Positions 8,601 through 17,134 of a stretch of 25,481 bases of DNA are shown here, in pieces (the stretch's first letter is position 1; every line of letters begins with the position of its first letter). The translations under genes and the position numbers were made by a program. Below the pieces are notes generated by a model that did no database searches, was not told where the DNA came from, and saw only the letters and a program-made list of their open reading frames with translations. The stretch spans positions 1-25,481 of the IMG/VR virus record IMGVR_UViG_3300030433_000766; one strand, given 5' to 3'. This DNA is from a virus (taxonomy: Duplodnaviria; Caudoviricetes).

Positions 8601-9698
8601 CTACCCTATTACCCTCACGATTACCGCCCCAGACGAGCCAGCATTACCCGCCGTATTGTGGCAATTAGAGGTGCATCCGGGGGCAACCGCCCCTGCTCCA
8701 TATGAATTTGTGCCAGCCGCTAATGCGTAGACATCTGGGTCTGTTGCTGAGGTGTCACTCGGATTGTAGTTGTTAGTTAGATGCGTGTGATCCAAAGCCG
8801 CCCCTCGGCTGGTGCTAACAGAACCTTGATCGCCGGGATTATGCGGATCGGTGTTGTTAGTACCAGAGCGGGAACCGCCTCCTCCCCCATTTGCAGTCAG
8901 GTAAGACCCGAAGGAAGATGCCCCACCTGTGCCACCCGCAGCATAGTTGTGTTCGCCTTGCCCAGAACTATGTCCGGCGGAGCCACCCGTGCCTACCGTT
9001 ACTGAGATATTCCCAGTAACCGAGCTAACATCAATCCAATCAGAAATAATTCCGCCATGGCCGCCATTAGTCTTTGCCGTGCTTCCACCGCCCCCTCCAA
9101 TAACAAGAACGTGTATCAAGTTAGCGTTGGTTGCATCAAAGTTACTTGACCCTGCCGTTGTAAATTCAGTGACCGATGGAGTTACTGGCGCGTTTACCCA
9201 ACTAGGGTTTGCCTCCGTGCCTCCTGATTGAAGAATCTGACCGGAAGTGCCAGCACCCAGCCGCACATAACTGGTTCCATCGTAGTACAGAATGTCGCCT
9301 TGAGCATCGCTGCCCATTGCGATGGCCGCGCCGTCAACTGCGCCGTCTGCAATTTGATCAGCACCCACTGCATCGTCAGCGATCTTGGCTTGGGTAACGG
9401 CATCATCTGCAATAGTCACCGCCCCATCAGCAGCTATCGTCACATCGCCAGAGAGCGTGGTGGCAGTTGGTGTTCCCCCATTTCCCGCAAGAACTTGCCC
9501 GGTACTCAGCGAGGCTAATTTAGAAAAACCAATCCCAGCAGTTCCAGACACGGCAGCGTTATCAACAGCGCCATCAGCAATTTTACTGTTCGTGATCGCA
9601 TTGTTATTAATCACCGCATCATCCAGCAGTGAGTTAAGGTCTGCCGCCGTTACAGTGTCGCCGCTCGAAAATGTTTTTCCTTTTGTGATATCTGGCAT
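8601..9698 (-). CDS. Tail fibre-like protein with glycine-rich C-terminal domain
   Basis: 365 aa with an N-terminal VTAADLN virion-anchor motif, (V/I)TxxKIADxAV repeats, the GDILYYDG/RLGAGTSGQIL fibre motif, and GGGGG...GG.SSFG...GSSGAVIVR glycine-rich domain. Confidence 0.75.
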   Translation of the reverse strand: MPDITKGKTFSSGDTVTAADLNSLLDDAVINNNAITNSKIADGAVDNAAVSGTAGIGFSKLASLSTGQVLAGNGGTPTATTLSGDVTIAADGAVTIADDAVTQAKIADDAVGADQIADGAVDGAAIAMGSDAQGDILYYDGTSYVRLGAGTSGQILQSGGTEANPSWVNAPVTPSVTEFTTAGSSNFDATNANLIHVLVIGGGGGSTAKTNGGHGGIISDWIDVSSVTGNISVTVGTGGSAGHSSGQGEHNYAAGGTGGASSFGSYLTANGGGGGSRSGTNNTDPHNPGDQGSVSTSRGAALDHTHLTNNYNPSDTSATDPDVYALAAGTNSYGAGAVAPGCTSNCHNTAGNAGSSGAVIVRVIG

Positions 9699-9699
9699 C

Positions 9700-9909
9700 C
9701 TAGTTTCCCTTCTCTAAAATCTCTTCGTACTTGTTAATCAGTAAACCCAAACTCTTTACAAACCGCGCACCCTCATCCGTCGCTACTGCCGCCTCGAACC
9801 CCTCCGGATCCGCTAGGGTCGCTTCCTCGAACCCCATCAACTTCTGGCTCAGACATCCGCTCCAAACGGCGCTGGCGAGCAGCAGCAATAAGATCGTCAA
9901 TGTTTTCAT
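9700..9909 (-). CDS. Lipoprotein, putative outer-membrane spanin (Rz1-like)
   Basis: Starting at ATG 9909 (preceded by GAGGAGAAGG), it reads MKTLTILLLLLASAVWSG-C, a signal peptide II with lipobox Cys19; 69 aa. It begins inside the preceding gene in the +1 frame. Confidence 0.6.
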   Translation of the reverse strand: MKTLTILLLLLASAVWSGCLSQKLMGFEEATLADPEGFEAAVATDEGARFVKSLGLLINKYEEILEKGN

Positions 9910-10024
9910 CCTTCTCCTCACGCCTGGCACTTGCAGCAGCAGCAGTTGTCGCATCCGTCAGCGCATTGAGGGCATCCACAATGGCAGGGAGTGCCCTCAA
10001 TGCGGCTAACACTTCGGTGATCAT
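9773..10024 (-). CDS. Putative inner spanin-like (Rz-position) protein
   Basis: 83 aa, coupled to the holin by an ATGA overlap. It has an amphipathic/hydrophobic N-terminus followed by an Ala-rich helical segment, and overlaps the lipoprotein gene by 137 nt. Confidence 0.45.
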   Translation of the reverse strand: MITEVLAALRALPAIVDALNALTDATTAAAASARREEKDENIDDLIAAARQRRLERMSEPEVDGVRGSDPSGSGGVRGGSSDG

Positions 10025-10230
10025 TTATTGCTCTCAATTTCAGCCGCTTTCACGTTGCCCCGGCTTGCGCTATATCCAAGCGCCGCCAGTGCTGATGCAA
10101 TAAATGCCACTGACTTCTCTATGCCAGATGTTCCGGTCTCAGCAATAAGGCCGCTTCCATAGGCAAGGCCGATTAGCATTGCCACCGAACTCATCCAGAA
10201 CTCGGTTGTTTTGTATCCAGGTTTTTTCAT
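10021..10230 (-). CDS. Holin (two transmembrane helices)
   Basis: Starting at ATG 10230, it reads MKKPGYKTTEFW followed by two hydrophobic segments and a charged C-terminus; 69 aa. The longer start in the ORF track overlaps the previous gene. Confidence 0.7.
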   Translation of the reverse strand: MKKPGYKTTEFWMSSVAMLIGLAYGSGLIAETGTSGIEKSVAFIASALAALGYSASRGNVKAAEIESNK

Positions 10231-10255
10231 GTCTGTTTTTTGTTCCACGCCAAAT

Positions 10256-10489
10256 TTATTCTCCGCCAAGTATTTTAGAAAACACTGCCGCACCGGCTAA
10301 ACCGCCGCCGGTAGACCCAAGAGCCAAGGCCCCGGCGAGTTTCCATTTATATTGCTCAAGCAGTGAGATTCTCTGCTCATGCTTGTCCAGCCTCGCAATT
10401 ATTTCACCAAGGCGATCAGTGTTTACGATCTGCCGGGACTCCATCCTGGCAAGCACTGCCTCCAAGCTGTTAGGATCAAACTCAGGCAT
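10256..10489 (-). CDS. Small coiled-coil membrane protein (XhlA/holin-associated type)
   Basis: 77 aa with a coiled coil (RLDKHEQRISLLE) followed by a C-terminal Gly/Ala-rich TM helix, directly upstream of the holin. Confidence 0.6.
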   Translation of the reverse strand: MPEFDPNSLEAVLARMESRQIVNTDRLGEIIARLDKHEQRISLLEQYKWKLAGALALGSTGGGLAGAAVFSKILGGE

Positions 10490-10491
10490 CT

Positions 10492-10539
10492 TTAATATCC
10501 CTTTTTACCCTTTTTAGATTTCTTCTTTTTATTCGGCAT
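10492..10539 (-). CDS. 15-aa lysine-rich micro-protein MPNKKKKSKKGKKGY
   Basis: ATG 10539 is preceded by GGGAGGAGAAGAGAG. The ORF exactly fills the gap between flanking genes, and its stop lies 2 nt before the next ATG. Confidence 0.5.
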   Translation of the reverse strand: MPNKKKKSKKGKKGY

Positions 10540-11017
10540 CTCTCTTCTCCTCCCGCTTCGCCTTAGCCGCAGCCGCCCTAGCCTCATCAGCCTCGCGTGC
10601 TGCAACTTCGTCTGGATTCTCTGGCCAGTTCTGCTGGATAGCATCAATAGCTTCGTAGCTTTCGGCAGTGCTGTACTGGCCTTCCAGACGATCCGCCTCG
10701 GCAATTACTGCTGCACGGTATTCGGCCCAATCATCAGCCACCACTCGGCTACGCTCTACGCTCGCAATTACCATCCAATCGGATTGAGCCAGTAGTTTAC
10801 CCGCAGTGTTTTTGGCTCGATCTATGCCGACAGACTTCTCACGCTCTAGTGGCGCACGGACTACTGGTGGAGGCTCTGGCACGATCCATTCCAGACCAAT
10901 TGCCGCCTTATCTTCTGGGCCAGAAACTCGCAACCAGTTGGCAGGGTAGCTGACATCGTTGAGGCTAAAGGCTTTGTCCAAGGGTAGGACGCGATTTGAT
11001 TGAGTATGAGTCCACAT
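10529..11017 (-). CDS. Tail fibre assembly chaperone-like protein
   Basis: 162 aa with YPANWL and LAQSDW...W.EYR...WP motifs typical of tail-fibre assembly proteins, located directly after a fibre gene. Confidence 0.65.
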   Translation of the reverse strand: MWTHTQSNRVLPLDKAFSLNDVSYPANWLRVSGPEDKAAIGLEWIVPEPPPVVRAPLEREKSVGIDRAKNTAGKLLAQSDWMVIASVERSRVVADDWAEYRAAVIAEADRLEGQYSTAESYEAIDAIQQNWPENPDEVAAREADEARAAAAKAKREEKRDAE

Positions 11018-11026
11018 AATTAAATC

Positions 11027-13603
11027 CTATCTGGCGTTGGCGTGTTTAAATGGTGATTCGCTGAAACAGGCATACACGAAACTTGTATTGTTTTGGTTTG
11101 TAACAGACCCCGAACCCCTCAACTTAAATCCGTTAGCTGTGAAATCCGCCTTGTTTGTGGATGCGGTTGCTTCGGAGTTACTTGTGTTTGGTTCAAGAAA
11201 ATCATTAACTACGTTGTAACCATCCCGCTTGTTGTCTAACAGAAACCAATCCTGTGATGCGCCTATGTTTTTTATTAGCACAAAGGCTGGCCGGAATCCG
11301 GTGTACACCATAGGCCCATCCGAGCTTCCATTGCCCGTGTATTTGCCGAATTTGGAGTAGTTTTCGACGCCAGTGAACGCCCAGATGCGAAGGTTGCCAC
11401 CGTAGCCGTAGGTGTCAGCAAACACGGAGCCTAATTTAATGTAATCAGCATGAGCAGCACCGGACGGGAAGTAGGTGCTGTCGCTCGATTGGGCCGAATT
11501 GCCGTCTAACTGCAAATACTTACCGCTGTCTAAATCCTTATGGAACGCAGGAAACCCGCTGAAGTTGGGATAGCTATCGTGCCCCACGAAAAAGAACTCC
11601 GGTGCGGCTGACAGGCTGTGGGCTACCTCAAGGTTGCCACTACTGGCTGGGCTGACTTCAATCGCAGTCACACCCGCCGATGCGTTGTAGTGTTCAGTAT
11701 TCGGTGCGGTGTAGGAACTGTTCCAAGTGCTGCTTGACCCAGTGCTGCCCAACTTCCAAAGCCACGCCACATAGCGTTCGGTTAGTGTGTAATATCCATC
11801 GTCGTAATCAAAGTTTGTCTCCCCCGCTTCATCGACCGTGATGCCTCGGCTAGTGCCAGACCCAGCACTGAAGGAAGTCACTCCATACTCGCCAGAGTTT
11901 AGGTACGGGCCAGAGCCGCTGGAAACTACATCGCCATCTAAATTATAGCCTCCGGTGCTTGTGCCTGTAACGGTGTCAAATAGGTAGTGCCCGTATTCAT
12001 CAGAGCCACTGTTAGTGTAGCCAGACGAATTATTATCCCGATCCTTAATCCACGCCATACCAACGTCGAAGTTAACTCCGGTTACGTTCTGTGTAGAGCC
12101 GCTGGCGTTATACAAGTCGGAGTTTCCGTTGTACGTCAGTATGCCGAAATGCTCTGATGGCGTAACGGTGGTGGCATCGAGATTATCCGAACACACTGCC
12201 AAGAACCCGCTTGGTGGCTGAAAATCAAATGAGCCGTTACCTTCTGAATCAGCATAGGTGGTGGACGGAGACTCCTCTCCAGCGTATGTAGCGTCCTGCC
12301 CAAAGTTGCAGGTAGCTGACCCGTAGTTATTGTAGCAGCTAACCGCAGGAGTCATTGCTGTGCCAGCAGTAAAGGTCGCCGTGGCGTTTGTGCCGTTAGC
12401 TGGGTCACCAGAGTTATGCCAAGTAAGCGTAGTCCCATCAAACTTACCCCACCACGCCTTACCAGCGTCGATGTCAACAGCTACGACAATCCTGTCGCCG
12501 TCAGTAAGGTTGCCAATATCCAGCGAAGTTGTGTTACTGCTGCCATTATACAGTGTTGTTTGGTAGCCACTCTGCGTGTAAAGCACAGCCCAACTATCTG
12601 TACTGCTGTACCCCAAGGAAGTCGCTGAACCGCTTGTAAAATTCTTGTTGTCAGTTTTATGGAAGCCAACACACGGTATGCCCCCGCCTTGGCTATTCAT
12701 CCTTACAGCCCAGACCCATTTTCCACTCGGAAGCCCCATAGTGGATGATATGTAGCCCCAGCCGGATGTTGTAAGGTGAGTTGTTTTTAGGTTTCCTTCG
12801 CTTACCGAATCTGTTGTCCCAGTTCTTTCAAGAGGATTTAACGTAGCGTAATTCTTCGTTGGCGTATCCAGAATTACATCGTGGCTAGATAAGTTAGTCG
12901 CAGTAAAATCATTAGACCCAGCATCGTCCGCACCGATGTCACTGCTGTCGTCGAACTTCAGGTGGAATCCGTTTGTGCCGAATGAGCCAGTGTAGGCTTT
13001 GGGTTTGTAGCCACCGTAATTATTAGACTCGATGAAGTTATCTACGGGATTTACCGCGCTTCCCTCGATAAAGTAAAAGTCTGACAAGTAACCATCTAAA
13101 TAGTGTGCGCCGCTGCCAGTATTATAGAACCTACCAATGGAAACTACGCCCGCCGCCGTCCCTGATGATATAGTTGAGCTAAACCCGCCGCTAGTTTCTT
13201 GAACGCCATTAACATAAAGAGTTATTGTTCCCGCATTATTTAAGACAGCTAAATGTGCCCACGCTGAAGGATCACGAAAAAGCCTGTCCGTCGTGTAAGT
13301 TGAAGAACCATCGTACCAAGCAAGTTTATCACCAGCATAAAAACTCAAACATTGGGAATTACCGTTTAAATTAAAGATATGCTGATAAATCGACGAACTT
13401 AATGTAACCCTCTTAACCCATAAGCTAACCGTCCAAGAGGTTTCTGATGATGATAACGTCCTAGATAGGTAGCTGCTGCCTGACCTATTAAACCGCAGCG
13501 AGCGAGTGACAGGATCAGACGATGGGGGCGGTGTGCTACCACCAGAGTCACCACCACTCGCAGCAGTCGCCAGCAACAAAGGATTGGGCGAGCCTATTCC
13601 CAT
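11027..13603 (-). CDS. Virion receptor-binding protein with concanavalin A-like LamG and SPRY-like domains
   Basis: 858 aa. SLRFN...WTVSLWVKR...RDPSAWAHL...LYVNG marks a LamG domain; FGTNGFHLKF, DTPT.NYATLNPL and GKW.W...FDFQPPSGF mark a SPRY-like domain; the C-terminus has SKFGKY.GNG...GP.VYTGFRPAFV.IK. Confidence 0.8.
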   Translation of the reverse strand: MGIGSPNPLLLATAASGGDSGGSTPPPSSDPVTRSLRFNRSGSSYLSRTLSSSETSWTVSLWVKRVTLSSSIYQHIFNLNGNSQCLSFYAGDKLAWYDGSSTYTTDRLFRDPSAWAHLAVLNNAGTITLYVNGVQETSGGFSSTISSGTAAGVVSIGRFYNTGSGAHYLDGYLSDFYFIEGSAVNPVDNFIESNNYGGYKPKAYTGSFGTNGFHLKFDDSSDIGADDAGSNDFTATNLSSHDVILDTPTKNYATLNPLERTGTTDSVSEGNLKTTHLTTSGWGYISSTMGLPSGKWVWAVRMNSQGGGIPCVGFHKTDNKNFTSGSATSLGYSSTDSWAVLYTQSGYQTTLYNGSSNTTSLDIGNLTDGDRIVVAVDIDAGKAWWGKFDGTTLTWHNSGDPANGTNATATFTAGTAMTPAVSCYNNYGSATCNFGQDATYAGEESPSTTYADSEGNGSFDFQPPSGFLAVCSDNLDATTVTPSEHFGILTYNGNSDLYNASGSTQNVTGVNFDVGMAWIKDRDNNSSGYTNSGSDEYGHYLFDTVTGTSTGGYNLDGDVVSSGSGPYLNSGEYGVTSFSAGSGTSRGITVDEAGETNFDYDDGYYTLTERYVAWLWKLGSTGSSSTWNSSYTAPNTEHYNASAGVTAIEVSPASSGNLEVAHSLSAAPEFFFVGHDSYPNFSGFPAFHKDLDSGKYLQLDGNSAQSSDSTYFPSGAAHADYIKLGSVFADTYGYGGNLRIWAFTGVENYSKFGKYTGNGSSDGPMVYTGFRPAFVLIKNIGASQDWFLLDNKRDGYNVVNDFLEPNTSNSEATASTNKADFTANGFKLRGSGSVTNQNNTSFVYACFSESPFKHANAR

Positions 13604-13959
13604 TATTCAGACTCTTCAGCAGGTGCTTCAGGCTGGGGCTTCTGCCATTCAAACTGCGCGGAAACTGGAGCAGCTTTCTTTGCCTCAATCTCAGCCTCAA
13701 TGCTGGCGTGCCATCCACCTTCTTCGCTGGCCTGTTGGCAGAAAGGAGCTACCCATTCAGGGGTAATGTCCTCGAAGGCCACGAAGGCGTCAGTAGGTGC
13801 GTCGAGCTTGACCATTGTGTCGCGGTAAGCACCCAGCCCAGTGTCAGAGCATTGGCCTGTCTCGCCGACAACGATGTCCGTGATGACGTTTTGTTTTCCC
13901 GACTCGTGATTAGCAATAATGCGGGGTTCGATTCTTGTATATGCGTATTCTATTGGCAT
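13603..13959 (-). CDS. Hypothetical tail-fibre-associated protein
   Basis: 118 aa, acidic, with an FVAFEDIT.EWV motif of a kind seen next to fibre genes in aquatic phages. It is coupled to the next gene by a TAATG overlap. Confidence 0.6.
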   Translation of the reverse strand: MPIEYAYTRIEPRIIANHESGKQNVITDIVVGETGQCSDTGLGAYRDTMVKLDAPTDAFVAFEDITPEWVAPFCQQASEEGGWHASIEAEIEAKKAAPVSAQFEWQKPQPEAPAEESE

Positions 13960-13975
13960 GATTATTTATTGTTGG

Positions 13976-16900
13976 TTAACTGACGTTGGTTAGATAAGTG
14001 GCACTCACAGTAGTTGAGCTATCTACATAGTATGCAATTAGGTCTACTCCTGAAGTGCTGGGAGTTGGAGTTGTCCCAGACTGCCACTTAAATATTGTGC
14101 TGAAGGTTGTCGCACCTCCACCTTGAGCCAGACGGATTACGCCGGATTGCCCCACAGTCAGGTTACTGGGAACGATGTTCGTTGTAACGGTGGCGGGAAT
14201 ACTGACTTCAAAGTTATTCCCTGCATCCAAGTCGCAGGTCGCAGTATTGGACGCAATCGTAACCGTTTGAGCCTCGGCGTTGCTGGACTTCTTGACCGTG
14301 ACTCGGCCAGTGGACTTAATCCGCATTGCCTCAACCCAGTTATTATTATTGCGGGTAGACAATGCTAGGTCTGCACTTCGGTTAGCTAACGTGCTAAAGT
14401 CCGCCATCGCTATTGCGCTAATCTTCGCGCCAGCATCATCACCCGCAGGGCTAAAATAGAGGTTAGCTGTGTTGCCAGTAGTTTCGTTGGTATTGTTAAT
14501 GTAGACGTTTGTGTTATTGGCGTGTGAACTTTTAAAGAAAGCGACATCAGCAGCACTTGTTGATGTGCTGGTTAAAGTGCCGTTAGAGGCAATCCGCAGA
14601 CGTTCGGTGCGCGTATTGTTTCGGAACACAATCGACCCAGTAGGGTAGTGATCTAAATAAAAGTCATTACCGTCAACGAACTGCTCGCACGCACTTGAGC
14701 CTGTTTCAATTTTAAGGTTAGCCCTAGAGGTGTCTTTAATATGCAGACCGCCACCACTATTAAAGGACGGAACTGAATGGCCCACCGCCAAATTACCGCC
14801 CGAATCAAGCACCATCCTCGGAGTCGAATTGCCGCCCGTAGAAAACTCAACATACCTTGTTGAATGTAAAGCTAAGTCTGCTTGGTTATTGCCGTTAACA
14901 GTATTAGCATTGCCGAGATACCCCGCAAGAGTAGTGCCGTCATTCTGCATGAACTGGGCATATTTGCGGATGTGAACCCTTCCGTCAGAATCAATCCGCA
15001 TCCGTTCGGCGTATCCACTGCTGCCTGTAGTTGCGAAAGATAACTCACCGCGAGTTGGACTTTGGTCTGTGGTTACACCGGAGATGCCTGAAGCCACATT
15101 ACCGCTCGCAGCATCAAATCGAATGAAGGAGTAGTTGTTGTCCGTGGAACTGGTGTTCCGTAAGGAGATGCCCGCTCCAGCTACGCTAGTAATATCAGTG
15201 CTAGTGTTGGTACCTAATACATCTAACTGACCGCTACTTGTGTGCACACCGCCTATGCCAACCGCGCCATTGAGGAACTTGACTTTCCCACTTGAATCAA
15301 TCCGCATCCGTTCGGATTTAGTTCCAGAGATGCACGTTGAAAACTTTAATTCAGTATTACCCGAATTGCTATCTGGAGCTATCTCAGCAACACCGTTATT
15401 GGCATTGTAGTTAATGTTTAATCGGTTTGTTGTAGAGCCGCCGCCACCAGCTACATTCAGTTGCCCGTAGAAGTAGGACGCACCACTTGAATCAATCCGC
15501 AGACGTTCAGTGTTGGCAGTCTTAAACACCAGAGGGATAGATGTAAGCGCATTAAGAGTTACCTGTGCAGACTCTGCGACTAGCTCGCCAGTTAGAGTGC
15601 CGTTCACTTCCAAGTCCAGCATCGACCCTGAAGTGTCGTTAATTGTAAGAGCTTTGTAGTTAGTGTAACTGTTAGGAACTGCTGTATTGATGCCCACATT
15701 TCCACTGGAATCAATCCGCATCCTCAAGCTGTCAAATGCCGCGCCAGCAGTACCGGATGTTGCTGTGTGAAAGTCTATGTTACCCGCACCGAGTTGTATT
15801 GCTGACGGGCGTCCGTTTCCAGATGACGTCTCGGTACTGACCATCTGTGACGTGGTACTGTCATCAGCTTTAGCCGCACTGCCTACAACTGCAAAGTGAG
15901 TGGAATGAAGGCTTCCAAAAAACGCACGAGAGTTAGCTTGAAAGTTTAATCCTGTGCTTTGGGATGCGTGTACGATGCTGGACGGTGAGCTAGCCCCTAC
16001 ACCCAACCGATTATTCGTGTCATCCCAGACTAGGTTGGAACTGGCATCGAAGTTATTACTGCCGTCATTAAATTGCAGATAGCCCGTGGAGCCAGCAGCG
16101 GAAGCAGAGCCACCACCGCCGCCGGAAACAGATTCCCATTTTAGCCCGCCAGTTTCTCCGCTTCGCGCAACCAGACTGTAGCCATCGGTGGGGGAGTTGC
16201 TTACCTTGAGGTTTGCTTCGTCTACTACATTGTCAGCAATAACCGTTGCCCCGTCGCCTGTTGAAGTTACCTCGCCAGAGTGGTTGGGGTGACTGTAATT
16301 GTTTGCGCTGGCAGTAATGCCATCCAGCTTTGTTTTATCGCCATCAGCAAAAGCACCCTCAGATGGCTTAGGTTGCAGGGTTGAGATTGTGACACCCTTA
16401 ACTCCTGCTAAGTCTGTAAGCTCGGAATCCATTAGTGCGCCCGCCGCTTCCACGTTAGTCGCGTCAGTCACATCGGCACTGGATTCGATTCCATCTAGCT
16501 TAGTCTTATCACCATCAACAAATGCACCTTCAGATGGCTTTGGCTGAAGCGTTGAAATTGTAACCCCTTTGACGCCAGCTAAGTCGGTAAGCTCGGAGTC
16601 CATCAACGCACCAGCAGCTTCCACGTTAGTCGCGTCAGTTACATCGGCAGAAGTCTCAATGCCGTCCAGCTTAGTCTCATCCGTAGCCGTAAAATGCTTG
16701 TTGGTCGTGCCAGCGGAAATGTCATCCAAAGTGCCGCTTAATTCACTCAAGTCATCCTTGGATTGAACTTGTGAATCAACGTAGGTCTTAATGGATTTTG
16801 CAGATGCCAGGGTATCGTCTGAGGAAGAGACAGAAGATAAATCTGTGTCTACTGCGGTAACCCCATCTAGTAGATTTAGTTCCGTTGCTGTTGAAGTGAC

Positions 16901-17131
16901 TTCCGTGCTGCCTAGAGTAAGCGAGCCGCCGACAGTAAGGTTGCCGGCAGACTCCAGGGTGCCGGTAGATTTTACCCCGGCAGTGGATACTTGCAGCGCA
17001 CTTTCAGTGCCTTCACCGTCCATTACGGTTCTCGCAGTGCCATCCACACCCGAATTTGCATTCGGTACTTGTAGCAGATCCTTGTAGGTTGAAGAAATCT
17101 GCTTACTCTCTAATGAATCACTTCCCGCCAT
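13976..17131 (-). CDS. Long modular tail fibre protein
   Basis: 1051 aa with TATELN.LDG and SAKSIKTYVD motifs, KLDGI repeats, a GSTGYLQFN...WDDTNNRLGVG segment and seven E-R-M/L-R-I-D-S-S-G-type modules, ending in a beta-sandwich (GQSGVI...QG...D.I.YY). Confidence 0.85.
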   Translation of the reverse strand: MAGSDSLESKQISSTYKDLLQVPNANSGVDGTARTVMDGEGTESALQVSTAGVKSTGTLESAGNLTVGGSLTLGSTEVTSTATELNLLDGVTAVDTDLSSVSSSDDTLASAKSIKTYVDSQVQSKDDLSELSGTLDDISAGTTNKHFTATDETKLDGIETSADVTDATNVEAAGALMDSELTDLAGVKGVTISTLQPKPSEGAFVDGDKTKLDGIESSADVTDATNVEAAGALMDSELTDLAGVKGVTISTLQPKPSEGAFADGDKTKLDGITASANNYSHPNHSGEVTSTGDGATVIADNVVDEANLKVSNSPTDGYSLVARSGETGGLKWESVSGGGGGSASAAGSTGYLQFNDGSNNFDASSNLVWDDTNNRLGVGASSPSSIVHASQSTGLNFQANSRAFFGSLHSTHFAVVGSAAKADDSTTSQMVSTETSSGNGRPSAIQLGAGNIDFHTATSGTAGAAFDSLRMRIDSSGNVGINTAVPNSYTNYKALTINDTSGSMLDLEVNGTLTGELVAESAQVTLNALTSIPLVFKTANTERLRIDSSGASYFYGQLNVAGGGGSTTNRLNINYNANNGVAEIAPDSNSGNTELKFSTCISGTKSERMRIDSSGKVKFLNGAVGIGGVHTSSGQLDVLGTNTSTDITSVAGAGISLRNTSSTDNNYSFIRFDAASGNVASGISGVTTDQSPTRGELSFATTGSSGYAERMRIDSDGRVHIRKYAQFMQNDGTTLAGYLGNANTVNGNNQADLALHSTRYVEFSTGGNSTPRMVLDSGGNLAVGHSVPSFNSGGGLHIKDTSRANLKIETGSSACEQFVDGNDFYLDHYPTGSIVFRNNTRTERLRIASNGTLTSTSTSAADVAFFKSSHANNTNVYINNTNETTGNTANLYFSPAGDDAGAKISAIAMADFSTLANRSADLALSTRNNNNWVEAMRIKSTGRVTVKKSSNAEAQTVTIASNTATCDLDAGNNFEVSIPATVTTNIVPSNLTVGQSGVIRLAQGGGATTFSTIFKWQSGTTPTPSTSGVDLIAYYVDSSTTVSATYLTNVS
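16319..16675 (-). repeat. Tandem 171-bp (57-aa) in-frame duplication in the tail fibre
   Basis: TKLDGI anchors at 16675, 16504 and 16333, spaced exactly 171 bp. The two units are nearly identical in protein and differ at many synonymous sites. Confidence 0.9.
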
Positions 17132-17134
17132 AAC

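Noticed and set aside
10492-10704. 70-aa ORF overlapping the chaperone gene, or a programmed frameshift product
   Set aside because: I saw no clear slippery heptamer. Only the last 15 codons have a good SD and ATG, and these are reported separately.
14315-15723. Repeats considered as a CRISPR array or a DGR template/variable repeat
   Set aside because: The spacing is about 190-310 bp and in frame within a CDS. There is no adenine-specific mismatch pattern and no cas or reverse transcriptase gene in the window.
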